Positions 33,254 through 43,955 of a stretch of 64,000 nucleotides of DNA are shown one piece after another (the first letter of the stretch is position 1; each line of letters opens with the position of its first letter). The translations under genes and the position numbers were made by a program. The DNA comes from Savitreella phatthalungensis (Eukaryota). Under the pieces are notes generated by a model. It did not search any database, was not told where the DNA came from, and worked only from the letters and a program-made list of their open reading frames with translations. The DNA lies in NCBI GenBank assembly GCA_051599415.1, contig AP039689.1, forward strand, positions 248,001 to 312,000, given 5' to 3'.

Positions 33254-33686
33254 CACTAGCCCTACTGCCTCCACCTCGTTCGAAGTGATTCTCTATTAGC
33301 AGAACGACAAGGACAAGAAAAGCGACTGTGATGACTGCCCTTAACCCATTGAACGACCTGTAGACTGTAGGCAATGACTGTCTGCGAGCGATTGAGCTAT
33401 TGTGTAATGGTCGTGTGTATGAGTGTGTGTGTGCATACTTCACTGAACATCTTGATAGTGATGTGTGTGTAACCCGATGCATATGTTTGTACGACGGCAG
33501 GCGGATCCGGAATTCGGAATTCCTCTTTCTTTCACTTTTCTTACTCTGAAGACCCCATACTTGAACAGGGTTACACACACAAGCATCAAGACACACACCT
33601 TAACGGAACACGCGCAGCTAGCTCAGAAGCCATCTACACACATTCAAGGGTTGCCGTTGCATTTGTTTTGATTGATTGCTGTAGAG

Positions 33687-35399
33687 ATGATGGCTGCTGG
33701 GGGTGCTCGCTCAGGTGCTCGCTCTCTTGCGCGGCTTCTCAAATCGACATCATTCTCGCCGTCATATACTCCTGCTGCTAGGCTTTTCGGACGTGGGATT
33801 GTCCGTGCGTACGCCACAGAAACTACATCGACGACTACGAGTGGAAGACGGCGCGAGCAGGATGACACTCACGCCACCACACAGACCTCTAGCGACCCTT
33901 CGTCCGGAACAAAGTCCGACAAGCAGCTCAAATTCACAGCAGACTCATACCCGGAAGTACAGCGGAGCTCACGATTCAAGAAACTGGACCAGGATGACAT
34001 TGCCTACTTCCGCTCGATTCTGTCGGAGAATGGTGTGTTGGTAGACGAGGATGCAGAGTCGTTCAATGTCGACTGGATGCGAAAGTTCCGAGGCCAGTCG
34101 CGTGTGGTAGTGAAGCCGAAGAGTTCATCTGAGGTGTCAAAGGTTTTGAAGTACTGCAACGAGAAGATGCTGGCTGTGGTGCCTCAGTCTGGAAACACTG
34201 GGTTGGTGGGTGGTTCGACGCCGGTGTTTGATGAGGTGATTTTGAGCATGACTGGAATGAACAAGATCAGGTCGTTTGACGAGGTGTCTGGCTGCCTCGT
34301 GGCCGACGCAGGCTGCATCCTTGAGAACGTCGATAACTACCTTGCCGACCGCCAACACATCTTCCCGCTCGATCTCGGCGCAAAGGGATCTTGCCTGATC
34401 GGCGGCAACGCCGCTACAGCTGCCGGCGGTCTACGCCTCCTCAGATACGGATCCCTCCACGGCAATATCCTCGGACTCGAGGTCGTTCTCCCTGACGGCA
34501 CAATCCTAGACAACCTGTCCACGCTCCGTAAGGACAACACCGGCTTCGACCTCAAGCAGCTCTTCATCGGATCTGAGGGCACAATCGGTGTGATCACGGC
34601 CATGTCGGTGTTGTGTCCGCAGCGTTCGTCTGCTGTGAATGTGGCTTTCTTCGGCGTGGAGTCGTATGAGAAGGTGTTGGAGGCGTTTGTGAAGGCGAAG
34701 TCTCACCTCTCCGAGATCCTTTCTGCTTACGAGTTCATGGACGGAGGCACGCAGGCGTTTGTGTCGCGCCACTCTGACCTGAAACGTCCTTTCGAAGGAG
34801 ACTATCCTTTCTACGTCCTCGTCGAGACTTCCGGCTCATCGAAGGAGCACGACGATGAGAAACTCTCTGGGTTCTTTGAGGACCTGCTGGAGAGCGGGAT
34901 CGTCGCTGACGGTGCTGTCGCCCAGGACGCCACACAGGCAAAGGCACTCTGGTCCCTGCGTGAGGGCATCACCGAGTGCCTCGGCAAGGAAGGCGGAACG
35001 TACAAGTACGACATGAGTGCCCCACTCACAGTGCTGTACTCTCTCGTTGACGCAACGCGCGAGAAGCTCATCGCAGATGACCTCCTCGGCGAAGGCAAAC
35101 CTGTGGTCGACGTCGTCGGTTACGGTCACCTTGGCGATGGCAATATCCACCTGAACGTGCCTGTCAGAAGCTACGATAAGCGCGTCGAGCGATCGCTCGA
35201 GCCGTTTGTGTACGAGTGGGTTCAGCGTCACAGGGGATCTATCTCTGCTGAGCACGGACTGGGCCTGTCAAAGGGTAAATACATCGGCTACTCCAAATCC
35301 CCAGACATGGTGGACTACATGAAACGCATCAAGGCACTATTCGACCCTAACGGCATCCTCTCGCCTTACAAGTACCTGCCTCCGGAAGAGACTGCTTAG
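33687..35399 (+). CDS. DLD2: Mitochondrial FAD-dependent D-2-hydroxyglutarate/D-lactate dehydrogenase
   Basis: Arg/Ser-rich presequence, VVPQSGNTGLVGGS, PLDLGAKGSC, LRKDNTGFDLKQLFIGSEG, GHLGDGNIH, SISAEHG. Confidence 0.92.
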   Translation: MMAAGGARSGARSLARLLKSTSFSPSYTPAARLFGRGIVRAYATETTSTTTSGRRREQDDTHATTQTSSDPSSGTKSDKQLKFTADSYPEVQRSSRFKKLDQDDIAYFRSILSENGVLVDEDAESFNVDWMRKFRGQSRVVVKPKSSSEVSKVLKYCNEKMLAVVPQSGNTGLVGGSTPVFDEVILSMTGMNKIRSFDEVSGCLVADAGCILENVDNYLADRQHIFPLDLGAKGSCLIGGNAATAAGGLRLLRYGSLHGNILGLEVVLPDGTILDNLSTLRKDNTGFDLKQLFIGSEGTIGVITAMSVLCPQRSSAVNVAFFGVESYEKVLEAFVKAKSHLSEILSAYEFMDGGTQAFVSRHSDLKRPFEGDYPFYVLVETSGSSKEHDDEKLSGFFEDLLESGIVADGAVAQDATQAKALWSLREGITECLGKEGGTYKYDMSAPLTVLYSLVDATREKLIADDLLGEGKPVVDVVGYGHLGDGNIHLNVPVRSYDKRVERSLEPFVYEWVQRHRGSISAEHGLGLSKGKYIGYSKSPDMVDYMKRIKALFDPNGILSPYKYLPPEETA

Positions 35400-35474
35400 T
35401 CTATAACCTCTTCCTCCCTGTAGACCACAATTGCGAGCTCTCGAATCTTGATTCAAGCATAAAATGCACTCTCT

Positions 35475-38400
35475 TCACCCTGGAAATCCTGGTGACGTCG
35501 TGTAGAGTCGACCGGTGATACAGGTCTGAACGACGTCTTCGTTTGTGACGATTTGGACTTGTGGTTGTTGTTGGTCTGGTGGATTTGATTGCTTCTTGGT
35601 GTTGCGCGGTCTAGTTTTGCCTCTCTTGCGGGTGATTGTGATGGGTGGGACTGCATCGTCGGCCTTGAGGACGTTGACAATGGTCCATGTGTCGTTGGGG
35701 GAAGGAAGCAGCACATCGACGGCATCCTTCCAGGAGGCTGCGATACCGACGCGTTCGGCGCCGAGCGCATAAGCGAGAAACACATGGATCGCTCGCTTGG
35801 ATTGCTCCTTCGGTGTTGCTCCCGCTATGATCAAGACGTTGTGACCGCTGTAGACGAGAGCTCGCGAACGGAGTGCTGCGTCCAGACCATCGGGAGAGTC
35901 AAAATTCGAGGCAAGACGCAGTGGCGCAGTCATCGACAGCTGAACGAGTTCGGTGTCTATAGTGATGGGGACTTGCGGTTCCGCAAGCGATGGCGCAATG
36001 TCGTCCGTTGGCCCTGAGAAGTTGGACGCTGACGGTAGCCGAGCTTCGCCGGCAGCTAGCAGAAAAGGTCTGAAGTCAACGCGCCCGCCCGAAGCGATAC
36101 ACGCAGACAGCCATGACGGGTGAACGCACGGCATGCCGAGTGATAGCGCTTGCAGATATTTTGCCTTGCGCGCAGGTCGATCTGAGATGCAGACGGCTGC
36201 GTTAAGATGGGCAAATGCTGGTTGCAATTTGAGCGCTGCTTGAGGATCTAGATCAAGGCTCGCTTTCGTCTCCGATGGTGGCCGTATGAGCGCCGGACGC
36301 AGGGGCTCGAATAGCTCGTCGAAGCCATCAACAAGAACAGTGCCAGCGTTTGCCTGGATCATACGCACGATGATGCTTCGCTGGCTGGCTGCGGCCTCGC
36401 TCACAAATGTCAGGACAAAAGCGATACCCGCAAAAACGTCCGAGACGAGCTCTGGTGGCTGGGGCAAATTGGTCTCGAAGTTGAGTATCGGGACGGGTGT
36501 CGACGCACGGTCAAAGTCGATCGACCGCACTGATTTTGCGGGCGAGTTTGCTGCTGTCGAACGAGCTGCAAGACGCCGACGTGAAGGTGTCATGGGCATC
36601 GCGTGAGCTGCCGAGACACTTGGACGACGCGTCGTTAAGTGGCGTTGTGGAAGATCTAGTTCTGCGAGGTACGCCAAATCGATAGGCGGAAGCCGTTTCG
36701 ACCATGACTTGGCCAGTGCCTGCGTCAATTGCAGTTGCCACACGAGCCAATGTCCTTTAAGACCGGACTTGTCGAGTCGAACGCCGGCGAAGGAAGTGTG
36801 GCCTGCGAGGTCTGTTGCTGGAGGATCGCCATCGATTGTGTCTTCAGGTCGCTGATGCAGCGCCGTGATGCGAATCGACTTGCCTTTATCGCCAGGAGCG
36901 ATCACTCTGACGACGTCACCGAGCACAAGCTCGAGCGGGCGAAGGCATGATACCGGTAGGCTCTTGCTCGTTGCATCGTCGAAACGTACACTGACCGCGA
37001 TGTTGTCATTCGTCGTATGAAGGGTAGCGATCGGGTCAACTTGGTCTGGGGTTAGACGCTGGTATGCTTCGATCGTTGCAGGATACCATGCGTTGCTAGA
37101 CTTGTCGAGGGCGAAGACCCTCTTGTTGTAGGTCTTCTCCGGCATCGCAAGGTTCGCAACTAGTGGACTGGGCTCGTCCATCGAGTCGATCGAGCTGAGA
37201 TAGGAGGATTCCATTGTCTCGTCCGGCTGTATGGGGCTGGAAGGATTTCCGAACGTAGGAGGAATCTTGTTTGCGGCTACCGCGGTTGTTTCGTGATCAT
37301 GTGCCTCCTCCTCGCTGTCGGACGGCTGTGGTGGCGACGATGGCATCAAGGATTTTGCCTGGACGCCGGTTCCACCGGTCTGAGGACTTGCGCTACCGAG
37401 GGGGGCTTTGTCTGCCTGCGGATTGCCGTCAAGAGGAAGAGGCGAGCCGTCATGACGAATACGTTTTGCTGGTCGCACTGTGGAGACAATCTCGATGACT
37501 TCCGCATCCTTGTTCGGGGGTTGTGGCGTAGATGCAGAGAAAGGTGCTGCTGAGACCGGCGTGTCTGGCACGACGCTCGGCCTGTGGCGCTTCTGTCCGC
37601 GGGAAAGCAGTTTGACGGCGGGCGAGTCGATTAGGACTGCCTGTGCACGGTCTCGAGTCGACTGTTGGGCGTCGCGAGAGATTTTTCGTGGGAAAGAATC
37701 AGCTGCATCGCTTGTAGAGGGTTCTGACTCTAGGCGCCGGGCTGTTCGAGCTGGGCCAGGAGTAGCCTGGACTTGCGTAGTAGCCGGCTGAATTTTGTCT
37801 TGCTGCGTGGCCTCGTCATCAGCCTCAAGACCGGCGTCCTGGTCGGGTGAGGTGGGCGAGGTCACCTGATCATGATCAGGAGTGTCTGCCGGCTGTGTGA
37901 ATGGGCCGCTTGCAAGCGATGCATGCCAGTCAAATGGGCCACTGCCACCGCCTCGATTCTCTTGCGCTGATCCACTATCCAGGTCCGTTTCGACTCTCGT
38001 CGGATCTATATGCATGGACGGTCTGTCTTGAGAGGACGTGTTTGGTTGTGGTGCTGATGCCGGGATAGCCATCATGTCATTATATGTCGTGAAGTCGTCG
38101 TCTTCTTCTATTTCTTCGTTGTCCAATGCTTTATCGTTATCGTTGTCGTCATTATTGTCGTGAGAGTATCTTTGGAAGTTCTGGTTGTTAAGGGCTTGAG
38201 TTCGACGCCTGCTAGGAGCCCTGGATGGTAGAATGGGTAGGGTCGCTTGTCTATAGCCAAGCTGGGGCCGGCGCTGAATTCGGTCGCCGGGGTCGTCCCT
38301 GCCTTTTCGAATCGCAGGAAAGTCTGGATCGTCGTCACTCAGAGAGCCTCCAGAGCTGTTGAAATGTCCTGCGGCTGCTTGTAGCTGCTGCAGGGGAATG

Positions 38401-39164
38401 TACACTTGTGTAGGCCTGGTTGTTTGTGTTGTCCCTACCGGTTGCTGGAGCTCTAGTGCTCTCGCCGCTGGCTGGGATGATACAGGCCGAGCTTGAGCTC
38501 GCTCCGAGGGCGAGGCAGATGGGCTGATGCCTTCTGGACTGGCTTTCCCAGTGCATATCAAGGTTACTGGTGAAGGTGAGGCATCTCGCGACTCTACCGG
38601 CTGCGGTCGCGCTGGTGTTATTGGGGTCACATCTTGTGGAGACGAGATTTGTAGCATGTCAGCGGCATCATATTGGCGAGCATCGACTTGCGTGTCTACA
38701 TCGTCGAAGATATTGTCGATGTCAACTTGTGTGCGGACTTGAAAAGGCGCGTTATCGACGTCCCTCCGAAGAGAATCGGGATCCTCCTGGGTTGCCTCGA
38801 GCTGTTGCGTAGAGGTCTGGTCAAACACGGCATCGGCAACGCGCATCCTCAGCCCCACCTCTGGATTCATCGTCGCCGTGTGATGATTGACATGGGACTG
38901 CGACTGCGAGCTGGATGGGAGTGTTGCTGGAGGCGGCATCAGCCTAGCCTCATCGATGTGCGGCTGGGAAGTGGTGTGAAAGGCATTCTGACTTCCAGTG
39001 GCAGCGATCGCGCTGCTGGGCTGTGCGCCGCCGAGATCGTCCAAAGGCGCGGAAGAAGAGGCAGGGAGGTGCTGTGTATCATGGGTGAGACCGAGGATGC
39101 GCTTGCGATCTTCATCGTCAAGGGAGAATGTGTCCGCTTGCATGCCATCATAGCTGTCGTTCAT
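35475..39164 (-). CDS. DNA damage checkpoint adaptor Crb2/Rad9/53BP1-like
   Basis: SQ/TQ-rich disordered N-terminus, Tudor-like region (RVFA..WYPATI), tandem BRCT (FAGIAFVLT, RKAKYLQALSLGMPCVHPSWL). Confidence 0.85.
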   Translation of the reverse strand: MNDSYDGMQADTFSLDDEDRKRILGLTHDTQHLPASSSAPLDDLGGAQPSSAIAATGSQNAFHTTSQPHIDEARLMPPPATLPSSSQSQSHVNHHTATMNPEVGLRMRVADAVFDQTSTQQLEATQEDPDSLRRDVDNAPFQVRTQVDIDNIFDDVDTQVDARQYDAADMLQISSPQDVTPITPARPQPVESRDASPSPVTLICTGKASPEGISPSASPSERAQARPVSSQPAARALELQQPVGTTQTTRPTQVYIPLQQLQAAAGHFNSSGGSLSDDDPDFPAIRKGRDDPGDRIQRRPQLGYRQATLPILPSRAPSRRRTQALNNQNFQRYSHDNNDDNDNDKALDNEEIEEDDDFTTYNDMMAIPASAPQPNTSSQDRPSMHIDPTRVETDLDSGSAQENRGGGSGPFDWHASLASGPFTQPADTPDHDQVTSPTSPDQDAGLEADDEATQQDKIQPATTQVQATPGPARTARRLESEPSTSDAADSFPRKISRDAQQSTRDRAQAVLIDSPAVKLLSRGQKRHRPSVVPDTPVSAAPFSASTPQPPNKDAEVIEIVSTVRPAKRIRHDGSPLPLDGNPQADKAPLGSASPQTGGTGVQAKSLMPSSPPQPSDSEEEAHDHETTAVAANKIPPTFGNPSSPIQPDETMESSYLSSIDSMDEPSPLVANLAMPEKTYNKRVFALDKSSNAWYPATIEAYQRLTPDQVDPIATLHTTNDNIAVSVRFDDATSKSLPVSCLRPLELVLGDVVRVIAPGDKGKSIRITALHQRPEDTIDGDPPATDLAGHTSFAGVRLDKSGLKGHWLVWQLQLTQALAKSWSKRLPPIDLAYLAELDLPQRHLTTRRPSVSAAHAMPMTPSRRRLAARSTAANSPAKSVRSIDFDRASTPVPILNFETNLPQPPELVSDVFAGIAFVLTFVSEAAASQRSIIVRMIQANAGTVLVDGFDELFEPLRPALIRPPSETKASLDLDPQAALKLQPAFAHLNAAVCISDRPARKAKYLQALSLGMPCVHPSWLSACIASGGRVDFRPFLLAAGEARLPSASNFSGPTDDIAPSLAEPQVPITIDTELVQLSMTAPLRLASNFDSPDGLDAALRSRALVYSGHNVLIIAGATPKEQSKRAIHVFLAYALGAERVGIAASWKDAVDVLLPSPNDTWTIVNVLKADDAVPPITITRKRGKTRPRNTKKQSNPPDQQQPQVQIVTNEDVVQTCITGRLYTTSPGFPG

Positions 39165-39613
39165 ACAGTGCTGCTGACGACCAGCTGGTTCCCAGGATGT
39201 GTAAAGCTACAAGCAAAGAAGATAGGTATAAGAATAGCTCGAAGCCGTTCAGAGCGAGGCTTCTCAAGGATGTAACACAGTCACGAGTATGTTGTGTGCT
39301 TGTGCAAGTGTGGAAGTAGTCAAATAGATGTGATACATACTGTATCTTCTTCGAAGTGCTATATTTGGAAGCTGAAGTGGACTTCTGGTCCGATGCATGA
39401 TTGATCACATGTGCTACACAGTCGCCTTGAGAGTTCTGTGTGGCATCGCACTCAAGCTTACAGGGTCACGGAGATCTGCACTCTGGCTTGATCATTGATG
39501 CTGTCTCGAATGGCAATGCCTGAATGTCATGCTTCTGGGAAGGTCTCTATGGAGATGGTAGTGTGCTGCTGGAACACATGAGTTGGTGGATGTAGCAGAT
39601 GGAGACGAGATGT

Positions 39614-40960
39614 CTACTGCTGCTTTTTTGTCTTGCTCGCCTGGTGCTTTGGTTCTGCGCCGTACAGCCAGAGAAACGAGAAGACAAGGAATCCAAGGCA
39701 TGTGACGGCGGTACCGGTGTAGTAAGGGTAGGCTGCGGTCAGGAAGCGAGGGTACTCATCATGTCGGTAGTGTCTGATTGTGACTTGACTCCGCTCCTCG
39801 ATATATGAAAGTCCTGGTCGCTTGTAGTTGACCTTGAAATGGAAGACGCCGTAGTGGTCAGGCAAGGTGAGGACGGTCTCGTAGCGCGCACTTTCGGCTG
39901 TCACGTCTTTGCCGGTTGGGCGGTCGAACGTCTTGCGGATGTATGGGTCGAGCATGATGAGCTCGAGCTGGACATCGTCTGCAAGGTAAGGCGTCCAAGC
40001 ACTGCCGGACCATTGACTCAGCGAGATGCCAAATGCGACGTCGTTCTTGACACGGTATGTCGTGGGCAGAATGTCTGATGCCGACTGATTGGCGAGTGAA
40101 TGCCGCAGGTCAGTTGCACGGATCACGCCACGCTCCTGGAAGCACCATTGTGCCACATCACGCGCGAATGCACGGTTGCCAGTCTTTCCTGCAGAAGTCG
40201 ATGCGTCGAAGGCTGCATCGCTGAAGAGCTCCACGCTGCCAGCGACCACGACACGGGCGTTGTTACGCGCCTGGAGCCCAGAGACGAGGAATGCCTGAAC
40301 ACCAGCCACCCATGGGTCTTCTGCAGCATCCTTCTCCTCCTGCGTATCGTAGCTATAGGCAGTGCTGGCTGAGGTCAGGATTGGCACGAGCATAGGACTG
40401 TGGCCGAGCACGTGACCTACTCCGCGGAACAGTACTGGTGGACCATTGATGACTTCCTTCGAGAGCACTGAAGGATTTGCCGAGAATCGTTTGGCGAGGA
40501 TACTTGTGTGCTGACCGTCGACATCCGTCTTGGTATCGTAGTTGAAATGATCGACCATAATCGAATCGCGCTCAGCAACATCAATGTCGAGCTCGCGTGC
40601 GAATGCTTTAAGTGGTGTGGCAGTCGTGGACGAGGCGCCGACGAGGATATTCCCACCAGCCTCGACAAAGTCTGCAAGTATCTGAGGGGTCAGCTTTGGT
40701 CCAAGCCCTTTGCTCTTGGTCGTGAGGAAGACTGCATGGTCATAGGCCCTCTCGCCGAGCGTGAAGAGATCGACATCAGACTTTGGCTCATAGTAAGAGA
40801 GAGTGTAGCTTGATGACTCTAGATCGGCAAAGAATTTTGAAAAGGTCTGCTTGTCTGCGGTGACGGAGTCCAGGAGGACTAGGACGCGGTCACCGGCGAT
40901 TGAACGAGCTGAGACGCAAGTTGCGCATAAAGCGGCTGCAAGAGTGACGAGCAGCCGCAT
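39614..40960 (-). CDS. WBP1: Oligosaccharyltransferase subunit Wbp1/OST48
   Basis: QARNNARVV, DDVQLELIMLDPYIR, LPDHYGVFHFKVNYKRPG, HDEYPRF, TM helix, C-terminal KKxx. Confidence 0.96.
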   Translation of the reverse strand: MRLLVTLAAALCATCVSARSIAGDRVLVLLDSVTADKQTFSKFFADLESSSYTLSYYEPKSDVDLFTLGERAYDHAVFLTTKSKGLGPKLTPQILADFVEAGGNILVGASSTTATPLKAFARELDIDVAERDSIMVDHFNYDTKTDVDGQHTSILAKRFSANPSVLSKEVINGPPVLFRGVGHVLGHSPMLVPILTSASTAYSYDTQEEKDAAEDPWVAGVQAFLVSGLQARNNARVVVAGSVELFSDAAFDASTSAGKTGNRAFARDVAQWCFQERGVIRATDLRHSLANQSASDILPTTYRVKNDVAFGISLSQWSGSAWTPYLADDVQLELIMLDPYIRKTFDRPTGKDVTAESARYETVLTLPDHYGVFHFKVNYKRPGLSYIEERSQVTIRHYRHDEYPRFLTAAYPYYTGTAVTCLGFLVFSFLWLYGAEPKHQASKTKKQQ

Positions 40961-41346
40961 AGGGAAATGCTCTGACTAGAAATGCTCCCAGATGGTAAGA
41001 AGTCGTGTTCAGGTTGAGCACGAGGATCTGAATGAGATCAGCTGAGTGTACGAGTGAGTACGAGCGTATATACGCGTCGAGCTGTACGTGTAAGTGAGCT
41101 ACTCCACTGCACTGTTCGATTGAAGGACAGTATAGCACGTAGACACACACGCGCGCAGACACAAAATCTGAATTTGATAGTTGCGCTCGAGCACGGGATC
41201 TGATCAATTGTGAATGTCAGTGCACGTGTACAGTAGCTTTTCCAAAGATGCACCGACGACGTCATTGGGACGCACGTCAAGACACTACGAGGAAGGCATC
41301 AAGTCAGTCTAGTAGGTCTGTACTTGATTATCAGAATACTTAGAAT

Positions 41347-42765
41347 ATGGTAGGAAGGAGGAAACAGGCTGCTGAGAACGGTGATCAACCTCCACAGTCA
41401 CAGCCAACAACTCCAAGGAGAGCAGCCAGCAGAAACGTCAAGTCGTACAAGGAGGACGAAGACGACGACGAGGAAGAAGAACAACTTGTATCAAGCTCAA
41501 AGAAAGCTACAGTGACGCCCTCGAAGAAAATTAAGGGCGCGAAAGCTGCTAAGCAGGAAGAGACTTCCGAAGACAGTGGAGAACCTAATCAGACGCCCAA
41601 AAAGGCGGCAACAAAACGAGTATCGAAGAAGGAGGACGAGGCTGAGGACGAAAAGAAATTTACAACGCCACGGAAACGTGCAAAGACATCAAAGGACACC
41701 GAGCCAGAGATGCCTTTGGCCAGTCGATCTGCCAGTCGGATGTTTGTGGGTGCTCACGTAAGTATGGCCAAGAGTATTGCCAATGCCGTCACCAATGCAA
41801 ATCACATCGGTGGGAACGCATTTGCATTGTTCCTGAAGAATCAACGAAAGTGGGTATCTCCACCGATGGCTGAGGAAGATGCGGCGGAGTTCAGGAAGCG
41901 GATGGTGGAGTTCAAGTATGATGGTAAGACGCAGGTCCTGCCACACGGCTCATACCTTATCAATTTGGCGAACGATGATGGGGAAAAGCGGCAGCAGGCG
42001 TATGACTGCTTTCTCGATGATCTGAAGCGCTGCGAGAGGCTCGGTATCACGCGGTACAACTTCCACCCTGGGTCGACGGGGAGCACGTCGCGCGAGAAGG
42101 GAATCGCTAACGTGGCAGCATGTATCAATAGAGCTGTGTCCGAAACGAAAGATGTGACGATCGTGGTGGAGAATATGGCAGGCCACGGAAATATCATTGG
42201 CGGTCCTATCGAGGAGTTGGCATCAATTGTTGAACAGGTCGAGGATAAATCCCGAGTAGGCGTATGTCTGGACACGTGCCATTTGTTTGCCGCTGGCCAC
42301 GATATCCGAACGCAGGACAAGTACGATACGCTGATTAGCAAGTTCGACAAGCTCGTCGGGTTGAAATACTTGTGTGGTTGGCATTTAAACGACTCAAAAG
42401 CCGATCTCGGTGCCAACAAGGATCTCCATCAGAACATCGGGCTCGGCTACCTCGGGCTAGAACCCTTTAGATGCATCATGAATGATGCCCGACTCGAAGG
42501 TATGCCGCTCATTCTGGAGACGCCGTGCCCGAATGGGCCTGATGGGAAAGAGGACAAGTCGGTGTGGGCGGAAGAGATCAAGCTGCTTGAGTGGCTAATC
42601 GGCAAGTCTGCAGACGATCCAGAAGTCCTGAAGCGAGCAAGCGAACTGGCAGCCAAGGGTGCAGGCGATCGAGGTAAAGCTCTGGAAGCAGCCGAGCGCA
42701 AATCCGCCAAGCAAGTCAAGGACGCTCAGAAAGCTGCCTCCAAGGCATCAAAGACCAAGAAATAA
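41347..42765 (+). CDS. APN1: AP endonuclease 1 (endonuclease IV family)
   Basis: VGAHVS, PHGSYLINL, YNFHPGS, ENMAG, CLDTCHLFAAG, HLNDSK, DLHQNIG, ILETP. Confidence 0.96.
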   Translation: MVGRRKQAAENGDQPPQSQPTTPRRAASRNVKSYKEDEDDDEEEEQLVSSSKKATVTPSKKIKGAKAAKQEETSEDSGEPNQTPKKAATKRVSKKEDEAEDEKKFTTPRKRAKTSKDTEPEMPLASRSASRMFVGAHVSMAKSIANAVTNANHIGGNAFALFLKNQRKWVSPPMAEEDAAEFRKRMVEFKYDGKTQVLPHGSYLINLANDDGEKRQQAYDCFLDDLKRCERLGITRYNFHPGSTGSTSREKGIANVAACINRAVSETKDVTIVVENMAGHGNIIGGPIEELASIVEQVEDKSRVGVCLDTCHLFAAGHDIRTQDKYDTLISKFDKLVGLKYLCGWHLNDSKADLGANKDLHQNIGLGYLGLEPFRCIMNDARLEGMPLILETPCPNGPDGKEDKSVWAEEIKLLEWLIGKSADDPEVLKRASELAAKGAGDRGKALEAAERKSAKQVKDAQKAASKASKTKK

Positions 42766-42836
42766 GATTCTCCGGCACCACCCCAAAAGGCATCAGATGT
42801 AGTCATATAGGGAGACTGGTTCATTGCATCACGCTG

Positions 42837-43631
42837 TCACGCATCATCCGCGTTCGTCTCGAAGTGTTCTTGTTCGATCTTGTGTGCATCGAAGTCGATC
42901 TGCGGGAGCGGATCAGCTGTTGCGAATCGATGTACTGCAAGGTCGTTGAATACGTTGTTTGCAGGTAGATCGTTTGGCAACGGGTGGACGTCCGCCCAAG
43001 CTGCGGCGGCTAGCAAACAAGGGCTCTCTTTCTGCAGGCGTGTGTGTGGATAGGTGTCTGGGTACCTGCGTATATCGTTGCCGATGATGGTGAGTCGATG
43101 GAGGATGTCTTTGTCCCAGAAAGTTCTGAGAGCTCGCTCCGTCACACTCTTCGGGACGTGTGGTAGGAAGAGGAGTGTGTTGTGATGGGTGTCGAACACT
43201 TCGCCCTCGGCGATCGTGACCACCTGCACTCCCAAGCTCGTCAAGAAATCTCGATCGACTTCCCTGAACATCGGATCAGATGCTCTCACCTCAGACATCG
43301 GTAGTCCGAGAGCCTCGCCGAGTAGCACGGCAAAGGCAAGCTGGGTGACACTCGGTGCGTTCGCAAGGATACCGATCCCAAGCAATCGGAAATGCAATCC
43401 TACGCGATCAATATGAGCGGTATCTAGTAGTTCGATGACACGATCAACGTACTTGTGCTCAAGTAGGAGCGCTCTCTGTGTATTGTAGCGCACATGGAGT
43501 TGAGCAAGTGGGTCTTTGGCGGTGCGTGCATCTCTCTGAGCTTGTCTGCGGGAGACCTTCTTACGGCTTACATATTTGAAGCCTTGCAACTCAGGAGAGT
43601 CTGTCGGTGCAGTATCCACCACTTTACTCAT
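42837..43631 (-). CDS. SRR1-like protein (Ber1/SRRD)
   Basis: LGIG..QLAF, DPMF..D..FL..LG, TLLFLPH, IIGN, FNDLAVH motifs of the SRR1 domain. Start uncertain. Confidence 0.8.
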   Translation of the reverse strand: MSKVVDTAPTDSPELQGFKYVSRKKVSRRQAQRDARTAKDPLAQLHVRYNTQRALLLEHKYVDRVIELLDTAHIDRVGLHFRLLGIGILANAPSVTQLAFAVLLGEALGLPMSEVRASDPMFREVDRDFLTSLGVQVVTIAEGEVFDTHHNTLLFLPHVPKSVTERALRTFWDKDILHRLTIIGNDIRRYPDTYPHTRLQKESPCLLAAAAWADVHPLPNDLPANNVFNDLAVHRFATADPLPQIDFDAHKIEQEHFETNADDA

Positions 43632-43955
43632 ATCTATCTTCCTGTACTCCCTGCAGAGCAAAACATGCCCTGAAACTCAGCAGGTCAACATGGTATGGAT
43701 ACAGGATAGATGATGACCCTTGAGACCTTTTGTGCATTGACGTATGTAGCTCATCTTCATCCGATGCACGCCGCACCCGTTCAGGTTAAATCTGAGCAGA
43801 AAAAAAAAAGAGATTGATCGACTCCAAACAAGATCTACGAACGTCTTCAGTCATCCGTCAACCACAAAGAGTAGAAGTCATCTGGTACAGGTTCTGTTAC
43901 TCAGATATCCCAACTCACTACTCTCTAGCTTGTAACTTTCGCCCTTACAAGAGTC